From NCBI RefSeq assembly GCF_046119375.1, contig NW_027362765.1, positions 180,544,001 to 180,608,000 on the forward strand: a stretch of 64,000 nt of DNA, given 5' to 3'. Below the pieces are notes generated by a model. It had not been told where the DNA came from and ran no database searches. It saw only the letters and a program-made list of their open reading frames with translations. The translations under genes were made by a program, and so were the position numbers. Below, in pieces: positions 14,078 to 25,018 of the stretch; the stretch's first letter is position 1, and each line of letters opens with the position of its first letter. Source of the stretch: Phyllobates terribilis. Lineage: Eukaryota.

Positions 14078-14793
14078 TACAATAGGTCCTCTCATTAAGA
14101 GTGCCATCTTAGCCACCATGGATGTGGAATCCCTATAGTCAAACATCCCACATGAAGATGGATTATCCGCCTGCCAAATGTTTCTTGAAGCCAATGGGAT
14201 CCCTTTCCGAATCTGTATTAGGACTCACCAGATTTACCCTCACACAACTTCTTCTTTTTCGGCAAAAAGCTATAGCTGCAGAGCACTGGAACTGCTATGG
14301 GCACCAAAATGGCACCCCAGTATGCCAATCTTTTCATGGCGAAACTGGAAAAGAGGGATTTTTGGTACTCACCAAAAAATCTCTCTTTCTTGGAGCCTTC
14401 ATTGGGGGACACAGGACCATGGGAGTGTATGCTCTTGTCACTAGGAGGTTGACACTAGGCAAAAAAAAGAAAAAAGAGCTCCTCCTCCACAGTATACACC
14501 CGCCTACAGGCACCAAGCTCACCACTTAGTGGCTAAAGCAGTAGGAGGAACTTAAAACAATTAACTATGCAATGCCCAAAGGGGCACAACCGTGAAACTA
14601 AATTAGATGCCCAACTGTACCTATGCCCAAATTCAGGGAGGGTGCTGTGTCACCCAATGCAGGCTCCAAGAAAGAGATTTTATGGTGAGTACCAAAAATC
14701 CCTCTTTCTTTATCGCTTCATTGGGGGACCCAGGACCATGGGACGTCCAAAAGCAGTCCCTAGGGTGGGAGAACAAAAAAAGGTAGCCACAGA

Positions 14794-15850
14794 CTAGGTC
14801 TGACTGCAGGCAACTGCTGCCTGCAGAACCTTCTGTCCAAGACTGGCATCAGCCGATGAATAAATGTGGACCTTGTAAAACCTTGAAAAGGTGTGGAGTG
14901 AAGACCATGTTGCAGCCTTACAGATCTGAGAAGCTGAAGCCTGATGGCGAAAATCCCAAGAGGCCCCCACCGCCCGGGTGGAGTGAGCCCTTACCCCCGG
15001 AGGGGGAGATTTGTCCGAAACGCGATATGCCTCCAAAATGGTCGAACGTATCCAACGGGCGATGGCTGACTTGGAAGGAGGGAGACCCTTGCGACGCCCC
15101 TCAGGAATGACAAACAGGGTGTCCGAACGCTGAAGGGAAGCCGTTCTAGAAAGGTACACATGTAGAGCTCTGACCAGATCCAGTTTGTGCAGGGATTTCT
15201 CCCGAGGGTGCACTGGGGCCAGGCAGAAGGAAGGCAAAACGATGTCCACATTGATGTGGAAAGAGGAAAAAGAGGCAAAAAGGAAGGCACTGGCCTGAGC
15301 ACTACCTTGTCTTGATGGAAGACCAGAAAAGGCGACCGACAAGAGAGGGCTGCGAGCTCTGCAACCCTCCTAATAGAGGTAACAGCCACCAGAAAAGCCA
15401 CCTTCCAGGAGAGAAGAGAGGCTGAGATGTCCTGAATGGGTTCAAACGGGGGCTGGTGAATGACGCTCGGGACCATATTAAGTTCCCATGGATCCACCGG
15501 GGGGCGATAAGGCGGTGCCAGGTGAGCCACCCCTTTCAGAAACGTCTTGACCTGAGGACGGAAAGCCAAGTTACATTGGAATAGAATAGACAAGGCCGAA
15601 ACTTGGCCTTTGAGAGTGCTTAGAGAGTCCCGCCTCCAGGCCACACTGAAGGAAGGCCAAAATGGCCGGTAGCGAAAAGGACATGGGAGCTAGCTGATCC
15701 TTCTCGCAGTGACGAAAAAAGGCTCTCCAGGTTCTGTGGTATATGCGCAAGGTTGCGGGTTGCCTGGCACTCATTAGGGTCTGGAAGACGTTGTCCGCAA
15801 AACCCGCCTTCCTCAACACTGCGGCCTCAACGGCCATGGCATTGAATTCA
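14794..15850 (-). pseudogene. DIRS tyrosine recombinase, frameshifted
   Basis: TSIRRVAEL (catalytic R region), HSTRAVGASW (HxxR), ICKAATWSSLHTFSRFY (catalytic Y). Confidence 0.88.
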
Positions 15851-17560
15851 CAGAACGAGAACTCTGATGAAGAATAGGTCCCTGAGAGAGGAGGTCCGGT
15901 AGTCTCCAGGGGGAGTCGACGAGCAGGTTTACTAGATCTGCATACCAGATGCGTCTGGGCCAATCTGGGGCTATTAGAATTACCAGTACTCTCTCTGTCT
16001 TGATCTTTTTGATGACCCAAGGGATCGATGGTGAAGGGGGAAAAAGATAGGGCAGCAGGAACTGAGACCATGAGATGACTAGCGCGTCCTGAGAGATAGC
16101 AAGGGGATCGTGGGACCGGGCTACGAAGGATGGAAACTTGTGGTTTAACCGAGACGCCATAAGGTCGACGTCAGGCGTGCCCCATCGTGAGCATATCTGA
16201 TGGAACACCTCGGGATGGAGAGACCATTCTCCTGAGGCAAGGCCCTGCCGACTGAGGAAATCGGCCGCCCAATTGTCGACCCCCGGAATGTGTACTGCTG
16301 AGATTGCCGGAACAGTATTCTCAGCCCAAACTAGCACTCGTCACCTCTTTGAAGACGGACTTGCTGTGCGTTCCTCCCTGACGGTTTATGTACGCCACTG
16401 CAGTGGCGTTGTCCGATTGTGCGCGGACTGGGAACCCTGCAAAAATGTCCTGCCAGTGACGCAATGCCAGGTAAATTGCCCTTATCTCCAATATATTGAT
16501 CGCTATGTGGTGGAGGAAGAATGCCCCCCAACCGATGAGGCTGGCATCGGTCGTGACCACCTGCCAGCAAAGCGGTAGGAATGACCTCCCAGGTCTGAAC
16601 GAAGAAGGACGAGTCCACCATATTAATGACCTTCTCACATGAAGAGGTAACCTGATGCGTCGATCTAGAGACGACGGGTTCTTGTCCCATGCCGACAGAA
16701 GGGCCAGTTGAAGAGGCCGGGTATGGAACTGGGCAAAAGGGACTGCTTCCATAGCTGCCACCATTTTTCCCAAGACACTCATGCACAGGCGAAGACGGCG
16801 TGGGCTTGGGTCAGAGAGAAGGTGAATCCCCCGGAGAGAGTTTATCTTCTCCCTCGGGAGACGGACCTGGGCATGGGTCGTGTCGAACTGCATCCCTAGA
16901 AAGGTTAAGCACTGAGATGGGACCAGGGAGGATTTGTCTGTGTTGATCAGCCAGCCTAACCGAGAAAGCGTGTTCAGGGTGATCTGGAGACTGTGGAGGC
17001 AATCCCTGAACGTGGGACCCTTGATCATTAGGTCGTCGAGGTAGGGGATAATTACCTTTGTGAAAACCCTCGGGGCGGAGGCAAGCCCGAAGGGGAGAGA
17101 AGTGAACTGGTAATGTGCGTTCTGGAAGGCAAATCAAAGGAACTTATGATGTGGTGCGCAGATTGGGATATGAAGATACGCATCCTGAATATCCACTGAA
17201 CATAGATATTCACCGGTCTCCATCAAGGCAATTACCGACCTGAGGTACTCCATTCTGAAGTGCCGTACGCGTACCTGTCAGTTTAGTTGTTTGAGGTCTA
17301 GGATCGGACGAAGTGAGCCGTCCTTTTTTGGAACGACAAAAAGATTTGAGTAGAAACCTGAACACCTTTCTTGAAGGGGGACTGGAACTATAACTCCTGA
17401 GTGCAGAAGGGAGGCAATGGCCTGAAGGAAACCGGGAAGTAGAGATGGATGCGGGTGGCGGGACCTGAGAAATCGTGTTCCTGGTATGGCGTTGAACTCG
17501 ATCTTGTAGCCTGAGGGTCTAGGAACAGAAGTAGACGGCAGCCCACCCTGGGAGAAATCC
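15813..17560 (-). pseudogene. DIRS pol: RT, RNase H and dam-like methyltransferase domains, disrupted
   Basis: FYSNLFVVPKKDG, LPFGLASAPRVFTK, YLDDLMI, TTDASLIGWG, SDNATAVAYINRQGG, HIPGVDNWAADFLSR, DVDLMAS, YLFPP. Start coordinate approximate. Confidence 0.85.
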
Positions 17561-17577
17561 CAGGTGGGAGTGACCAG

Positions 17578-18202
17578 TCATGCTGAGGAAAATCTGTTGG
17601 ATCGTGATTGGGATCCAGAGGGCTTGGAAGAGCGACCCTTTGCGCGCCAGCTGGGAGTGGGCCTAAAGGTAGGCTTACGTTTGTCCTGCTGTGCTGGGGC
17701 ACGGTCCTGTTGAGAGGAGGGTCCTGGTTGAGCGAACCGACGAAAGGACCGGAACTGAAGGTAACGTTTCCTAGGAAAAAGGCGATTAGGTCTCGGCTGA
17801 GGAAGGGAAGTGCTCTTGCCCCCAGTGGCATCAGAGATGATCTGGTCTAATTTAGACCCAAACAGTCTGGAGCCCTGAAAAGGGAGATTTGTTAGTGATT
17901 TCTTGGAGGCCGGGTCGGTGTGCCAAGCCTTCAGCCAAAGAATCCTACGTATAGCGATGATATTGCTGGAGACGCGGGCTGAACATGTAGAAGCGTCAAG
18001 GGACGCTGTGAGGAGATATTTCCCTGCGTGGGCGATCTGATCCGCTAGGTCAGCCAGATCGTCTGGGTAAGCCCAGGTGAGAATGCCCTGCCTAAGCTGT
18101 TTGGCCCATGCGGAGACTGCTTTTGATACCCAAGTTGAGGCGAAGGAAGGACAAAAGGAGGTGCCAGCAGCCTCGAAGGCTGACTTAGCCAAGGCCTCAA
18201 CC

Positions 18203-18239
<37 letters not shown>

Positions 18240-19034
18240 GTAGTATCCTTGAGGGAAGAACCGTCTGGAAGGGACAGTACCTTCTTAGCCGAGAGACAGG
18301 AGGATCCACAGAAGGGGACTCCGTCCATCTGCTGACAAGGTCGTGGTTAAAGGGGTATAGCATGTCTAACTGTTTCTTTCCAGTGAAGCGCTTCTCTGGA
18401 TGCTCCCATTGTTTCTGAAAGACACCATCAAATTCAGAATGGTTAGAAAATGTGCGTGCCGGGCGCTTGATTCTCTTGAAGGAAACGGAGTAGTCCTGAG
18501 AAGGGCTCTCGTCCTCTTTAACGTGCAGAGTCTGATTGACGGCCGATATAAGGCTGTCAACCATGTCCTGGACTCTAGAATATTGTTCCGTGTCGGATCC
18601 AGAGTCAGAATCTTATGCCGTGTCTGATCCCGGAGCGGCCTCTGGGGAAGAAGTGTGAGATGCAGGGAGGAATTTGGAGTCTGGAGAGCTGGAGGATGAG
18701 CTTGTGTGAGTCCGTTTCTGAGAACGTGCCCTTAGAAGGAGGGGGCAGAGGTGCCTGCGAATTGTCCATTGGAACATTCGGAGCACTGGTGGCCGTGGAT
18801 AGCATGGGCAAGCGTTCTAGGACCTGCACCGGAGATTGAGATACCTTGGTAAGGATGGGGAGTTACCTCGTCCTGGGCGGCAGGGGGATCTTGGGGTGCC
18901 AGCATGGTGGGAGGCTTGCAGGTCGAGCAGAAAGCAGTTGTCAGACCCGCGGGCCACTTAGTACTGCAAAGAGCACAGGCGTAATATGTGACTGTGTGAG
19001 TGTGACGGACAGAAAGCTCCGTGGGTTTGGGCAT
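17578..19034 (-). pseudogene. DIRS gag-like ORF1, frameshifted
   Basis: N-terminal CxxC...CxxC (ACALCSTK...FCSTC); pieces 18732-19034, 18605-18829 and 17578-18564 lie in different frames. Confidence 0.75.
18202..18241. repeat. (CTGT)n tetranucleotide run inside DIRS gag
   Basis: 8 x ctgt + ctat + ctgt. Confidence 0.92.
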
Positions 19035-21612
19035 ATGTGCCTAACCAGGAATACTGCAGAGGAGGGAGCCTGTGTGTGTGTGTGGAGGTGCCAGAGTAGG
19101 GCCTACCCGGTCTGGAATGGGCACGGTCCCGTATCCCCCGTCAGAAAGTCCAGAGCCGCGGAGACAGGAGCAGGGCTGCGGTGATGAGGCAGTCAGACAG
19201 AATGATGCTGCCGGAGCCAGACCGAGAGCAGCGTAGAGGGGCAGAGCCGGAGCGGAGCGTGCTGCCCTGAGCAAGCTGCCTATCGGAGCTTTAGCTCCCC
19301 TAGAAGGGATGGGGGCAGGCTTAAGAACTCGGCCGCTGATAGGCCCCCGGGATAAAAGTGGGCGTAACGGAAGAGTCATATTGCTCCTCGGCCCAGATTG
19401 GCCGGTTTCCGAGAGGGGCGTATACCCGCGGGAAAGAGTCACGCCCAACCCGAGCCGCCCTCCGACAGAGAAAGCGCGGGCAGAAATGCCACACAAAAAA
19501 GGACAGAGAAGGGGGGGGGGGCTATGGGGGATGCCATGCTGAGGGGGGACGCCATACTGTGGTGTGAGTCCGAGGCCCCCGGTTTGTTTCCTGATGTCCT
19601 GTGAGGAGAGGGGGCGTGGCCAAGCGCTGCTGTAAGTGAGCGTCGGCGGGGAAATGTGATGCCCCCATTATTATCCCAGGATTTAAGGGGCCCGCTGGTA
19701 GGCAACTCTGTGCCATAGCTGAGAGACCTGGGGCTGAGGAGGCAGCAGGGAGGGATTGTACCTTTCCCGATGACTCTTCTTCCTCTTTCCCTCTGAGGAT
19801 GGACACAGGAGGCCCTCCGTGGATAGGGGGATCCTGGCTCTTCCTCCTTCCCGCACTGACCAGTCCTGGACAGTGTAGGAGACGGTGTCAACCCCAGAAT
19901 CTGGGGGAAGGTCACCGTAGTGACCACCGTCTCCCTCCCAGGCCGCTCCGAGGAGGGGGCTGGGGTGGGGAATGGGAAAGGATTGGCCACCGAGAATCAC
20001 CCGAAGGTGACAGGGGATAGGTCCTGCCCAGCGGGTCCGAGAGTGGGTGATGTGGGAAATGCCACACTGCTCTCTTGGTCGCTTGAGAATGGGGATAACA
20101 GGGGACGCAGTGTTCCCCGTTAACCCTGAAGAGCTGTATCTGAAAAATAAAGAAGAAACATTAATAAAACACAACAGGGTAGGATCAGTAGGATCCAGGT
20201 CTACCTCCTACAGACACTAAGCTTAAACTGGTGAGCTTGGTGCCTGTAGGCGGGTGTATACTGCGGAGGAGGAGCTCTTTTTTCTTTTTTTTGCCTAGTG
20301 TCAACCTCCTAGTGACAACAGCATACACCCCCATGGTCCTGTGTCCCCCAATGAAGCGATAAAGAAATGACTTTTTAGCATCATGCTCCATAAAACCCCT
20401 GGCCTATTTTCGCTATATTGATGACATCTTAATGATCTGGAATGTGTCTGAACAAGAACTTCTAAAATTCCATGACAAATTCAATAGATTTCATCCCATC
20501 ATAAACTTAACATTGGAGCACTCCAAAACATAAATCACCTTTCTGGATACCACCATAAATATTCAAAATGGTTCAATCCAGACATCAGTGTATCGGAAAC
20601 CAATTGACCGTCCCACATAAGTCAGATGGGACAGTTTCCACCCGAAACACATTAAAAAGTCTATCGTTTACAGCCAAGGTTACCACCCCACCTCCGTTGA
20701 TGACCAGATCATTAGAGCCACAAGGATCCCTAGAAATCAATTACTTCAGTATGGAGAAAAAGAGGAAAATAATCGTGTACCTCTGGTGGTGACCTACAAC
20801 CCACAGCTTGAGGTACTGAGAAACTGCTAAAAAACTTCACCACATCCTGCACAAGGATGACCGGCTAAAAACAATATTCAGAGACCCTCCCTTGTTGTGC
20901 TACAGGCAACTACCACATTTAAGAAACATCATGATCCGAAGTTCAATGCCCTCAGATACACCAAGAAAAACTTTTCCTTGCAATGCGAAGAGCTGCAAAA
21001 CCTGCACCCATGTAGAGACCAAAAACAGGATACAGAATCCCAACACACAGCAGGAATATTAGATTCCCGGGACATTCACATGTTCCTCTTCCAATGTGGT
21101 GTACTTAAGTCTGTTAACTATATGTCATATTGGGAGTCTCTAGGTGGGAGAAACAGGACAGAAACTGAGAGCAAGGATGAGGTCTCATCGGCACACGATT
21201 ACAGATAAAAAAAAAAACAAAAACATGTACCGGTGGCCAAACATTTCTGTGGTCCATGACACAACATCAACAATATGAAAGTTGTCATATTAAAAGGCAA
21301 CTTTAAATCACAAAAACACAGAAGAATTTGGGAATACAAACTGATTAGTCTTTGGCACCCTCCACACAGGAAGATTTAGGTCTCACTACAAAATCTGAGG
21401 AATCTGCTCCAGAGACAGTGAGGGCACCAGACCTATGATCTTACATGGATATTGGGACCATAAAACTTTCACATCACTAATCTAATCCAATTAAGGACTC
21501 ATTTTCTAAGCTCAGTTTGTTTGTTTATTTAAATGTAAATTTATTATGCCATGCATCTGCTCCTTTTTTTTTTCCTGGAGTGTGCATATATTTATGTTTC
21601 TTCATATATCTT

Positions 21613-21667
21613 GTTATACCATGCCTGAGGAAGGGACCTAAGTTGTCTCGAAAGCTTGCCTTGTAAC
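21613..21667 (+). ncRNA. Minimal type I hammerhead-ribozyme-like motif in the PLE 3' UTR
   Basis: CTGAGGA, stem II gggac/gtctc, GAAA, palindromic AGCT stem III, gttata/tgtaac stem I. Confidence 0.65.
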
Positions 21668-22069
21668 ATCATTTCTTTTATTTTTGTTAGCCATTAAAAG
21701 GTATAACTACGAGATTATCTGTTTTTCCCACTGAGAGCAATATAGATATAACACACACAGATGTAGATAAGTGGGCACCCAAATATGAGAAATTTGGTAC
21801 TTACAAATAAGGGAACGTGCACATGACGTTTTTTGTCCCAAAGAGTCTTTCTAATCAGTTTTTGAAGCAGCTTTTTTTTCCCTTCATGTTTTAAATAGTG
21901 AGCAGTTAAAGAACGGACATTCACTACTTTTAACCTCTTTGAAGCTGAAGTGGTTTAAAAAAAAGCTCACAAAAGACTAAATATTCCAGCATATATGTTC
22001 ATTCTCTTTAGCGCTTTTTCAGGCAGCTTACCCACCTGAAAAATACATTGTGGGCACATACCCTTAGAT

Positions 22070-23064
22070 CAGGGATGTCTAACTCAACTACACAGAGGGC
22101 CAAAATGAAAAATTTGGACAAAGTCGCAGGCCAAACAGTATACAGTATAATGGGCCCCCACACAGTGCTCCATGCAGTATAATGGGCCCCCACACAGTGC
22201 TCCATGCAGTATAATGGGCCCCCACACAGTGCTCCATGCAGTATAATGGGCCCCCACACAGTGCTCCATGCAGTATAATGGGCCCCCACACAGTGCTCCA
22301 TGCAGTATAATGGGCCCCCACACAGTGCTCCATGCAGTATAATGGGCCCCCACACAGTGCTCCATGCAGTATAATGGGGCCCCACACAGAATAATGGGCC
22401 CCACACAGTGCTCCATACAGAATAATGGGCCCCACACAGTCCTCCATACAGAATAATGGGCCCCACACAGTGCTCCATACAGAATAATGGGCCCCACACA
22501 GTCCTCCATACAGAATAATGGGCCCCACACAGTCCTCCATACAGAATAATGGGCCCCACACAGTCCTCCATACAGAATAATGGGCCCCACACAGTCCTCC
22601 ATACAGAATAATGGGCCCCACACAGTCCTCCATACAGAATAATGGGCCCCACACAGTCCTCCATACAGAATAATGGGCCCCACACAGTCCTCCATACAGA
22701 ATAATGGGCCCCACACAGTCCTCCATACAGAATAATGGGCCCCACACAGTCCTCCATACAGAATAATGGGCCCCCACACAGTCCTCCATACAGAATAATG
22801 GGCCCCCACACAGTCCTCCATACAGAATAATGGGCCCCACACAGTCCTCCATACAGAATAATGGGCCCCACACAGTCCTCCATACAGAATAATGGGCCCC
22901 ACACAGTCCTCCATACAGAATAATGGGCCCCACACAGTCCTCCATACAGAATAATGGGCCCCACACAGTCCTCCATACAGAATAATGGGCCCCACATAGG
23001 GGTTGTAGTTCTGGTGTTGCAGGCCAAATAAAACCACCCTGGGTGCCAAAGTTTGACATGTATG
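22070..23064. mobile_element. hAT-like non-autonomous element carrying a minisatellite
   Basis: Left end cagggatgtctaact, right end gtttgacatgtatg; no 8-bp TSD found. Confidence 0.5.
22143..22996. repeat. 31/32-bp minisatellite, about 27 copies in two homogeneous blocks
   Basis: cagtataatgggcccccacacagtgctccatg block followed by cagaataatgggccccacacagtcctccata block. Confidence 0.95.
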
Positions 23065-23301
23065 CATGCCTCAGATAAAAAGGTAAAGCACCTCTGCTCC
23101 GACTCCTCTTGGATGCTGCTTTACTGACTTCCATAAATGGGAGTCAGGGTGGTCCTGCTTTCGTGACAGATGGTGGTCACAGAGATGACACCCCCAACGC
23201 ATCAGACAAAGGATATGCCATTCATGAAAGGGAGATTTCCCCTTCACATTTTTTCAGTTTTTCTAGTGAAACACATTAGTAGCTATAATGCTGAATCTCA
23301 C

Positions 23302-23447
23302 CTTGAACAGGTAGAAGTACACTTGTTTGGTGTCCGTGTCCTCTTCCTTATGTACGGACATGAAGAGGTTCTCCACATCCACCACCATACCCAGCAGGCG
23401 ATTGATTTCATCTTCAGATACATTTTCTAAATGTGACACGTGGTCGG
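23302..23447 (-). CDS. kat2a: KAT2A exon 3 (146 bp)
   Basis: ADHVSHLENVSEDEINRLLGMVVDVENLFMSVHKEEDTDTKQVYFYLFK; ctgtag| and |gtgaga; phase fits exon 2. Confidence 0.97.
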
Positions 23448-23868
23448 CTACAGGTAAAGAGAAAAACATTGACTGTTAAACCAATTCCAATGCCCACAGC
23501 TAGAGAATGGGCTCAACGCTGACTACAAAATGTGTCAAGTGCCAAGGACAGAACTTGTGCCAGAAATGTTAGTATGACAACAGGGACAAGTGCTTCCATC
23601 TGTAAGTTGCTTGTCACCTCTTCTGGTAGTATATGATAACATATTTAGAAGTTTGCATTATTACACTGCTCGGTTATTCATCCTGTAAATATATGGACAA
23701 TCTGACAAATGTGCACTACCATTCTGCATTTCAATAAGACGTTTTTCTTTGCCACTTGACACTGGCAGCAGGGATTAGAAATATATGATCGTCATTTTGG
23801 AACAGATCCCATTGACTCATAACCGGACCCAATTTATTTATTTATTTTTTGTCAGGATCATATCATAC

Positions 23869-23992
23869 CCAGTGAGTGGCCACAGCTTCGGCAGGGCTCG
23901 CTCAGGCTGGCTGCAGGCTGCTGAAGGTCCATACGAGGTGCGGTTTGTGGATTGGGGTTCTTCCAGCCATTGCATTTACAGACATCATTTGC
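23869..23992 (-). CDS. kat2a: KAT2A exon 2 (124 bp)
   Basis: ANDVCKCNGWKNPNPQTAPRMDLQQPAASLSEPCRSCGHSL; acceptor cttcag|, donor |gtatga. Confidence 0.96.
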
Positions 23993-24060
23993 CTGAAGTA
24001 GAAAAAAATAGGAATATACATGAGGAGAAAAGAGATAAAAACACAACCCAGGAGTGCTAT

Positions 24061-25018
24061 TTAAGGCAAAGACGACTTCCTAAGAACGACAGGCAGCAGT
24101 GCTATGGAAGGCAAAGACGACTTCCTAAGAACGACAGGCAGCAGTGCTATGGAAGGCAAAGACGACTTCCTAAGATCGACAGGCAGCAGTGCTATGGAAG
24201 GCAAAGACGACTTCCTAAGATCGACAGGCCGCAGTGCTATGGAAGGCAAAGACGACTTCCTAAGAAAGACAGGCGGCAGTGCTATGGAAGGCAAAGACGA
24301 CTTCCTAAGAAAGACAGGCGGCAGTGCTATGGAAGGCAAAGACGACTTCCTAAGAAAGACAGGCGGCAGTGCTATGGAAGGCAAAGACGACTTCCTAAGA
24401 ACGACAGGCGGCAGTGCTATGGAAGGCAAAGACGACTTCCTAAGAACGACAGGCGGCAGTGCTATGGAAGGCAAAGACGACTTCCTAAGAACGACAGGCG
24501 GCAGTGCTATGGAAGGCAAAGACGACTTCCTAAGAACGACAGGCGGCAGTGCTATGGAAGGCAAAGACGAATTCCTAAGAACGACAGGCGGCAGTGCTAT
24601 GGAAGGCAAAGACGAATTCCTAAGAACGACAGGCAGCAGTGCTATGGAAGGCAAAGACGACTTCCTAAGAACGACAGGCAGCAGTGCTATGGAAGGCAAA
24701 GACGACTTCCTAAGAACGACAGGCAGCAGTGCTATGGAAGGCAAAGACGACTTCCTAAGAACGACAGGCAGCAGTGCTATGGAAGGCAAAGACGACTTCC
24801 TAAGAACGACAGGCAGCAGTGCTATGGAAGGCAAAGATGACTTCCTATGAACGACAGGCAGCAGTGCTATGAAGGACAAAGACTTCCCAAGAACGACAGG
24901 CAGCAGTGCTATGAAGGACAAAGACTTCCTATGAACGACAGGCAGCAGTGCTATGAAGGACAAAGACTTCCCAAGAACGACAGGCAGCAGTGCTATGAAG
25001 GACAAAGACTTCCCAAGA
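24061..25018. repeat. 45-bp minisatellite (18 copies) followed by a 42-bp variant (3.5 copies)
   Basis: ggaaggcaaagacgacttcctaagaacgacaggcagcagtgctat; register holds at 24241, 24421, 24601 and 24781. Confidence 0.97.

Larger units (their letters stand above)
14353..20364 (-). mobile_element. DIRS-type tyrosine-recombinase retrotransposon: termini complete, ORFs disrupted
   Basis: ITRs 14397-14524 / 20229-20356, 3' extension 14353-14396, ICR 14661-14742; gag-like, RT (YLDD), RNase H, dam-like methyltransferase and YR remnants. Confidence 0.95.
12408..21741 (+). mobile_element. Penelope-like element, plus strand, decayed, split by Tc1 (12874-14077) and DIRS (14353-20364)
   Basis: IKPADKGGAIV, FYMLPKIHK, MDVESL, GTAMGTKMAPQYANLFMAKLE|NDFLASCS, FRYIDD, then GIY-YIG; the frame rejoins across both insertions. 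Confidence 0.9.

Noticed and set aside
11217-21741. Treating the inverted PLE arms as TIRs of one large DNA transposon
   Set aside because: The arms encode RT and GIY-YIG sequence, no TSD is visible and there is no matching transposase.
22143-25018. CRISPR-like appearance of the 31-45-bp arrays (also 46724-47393)
   Set aside because: Units are head-to-tail with no unique spacers, no cas genes, and the DNA is eukaryotic.
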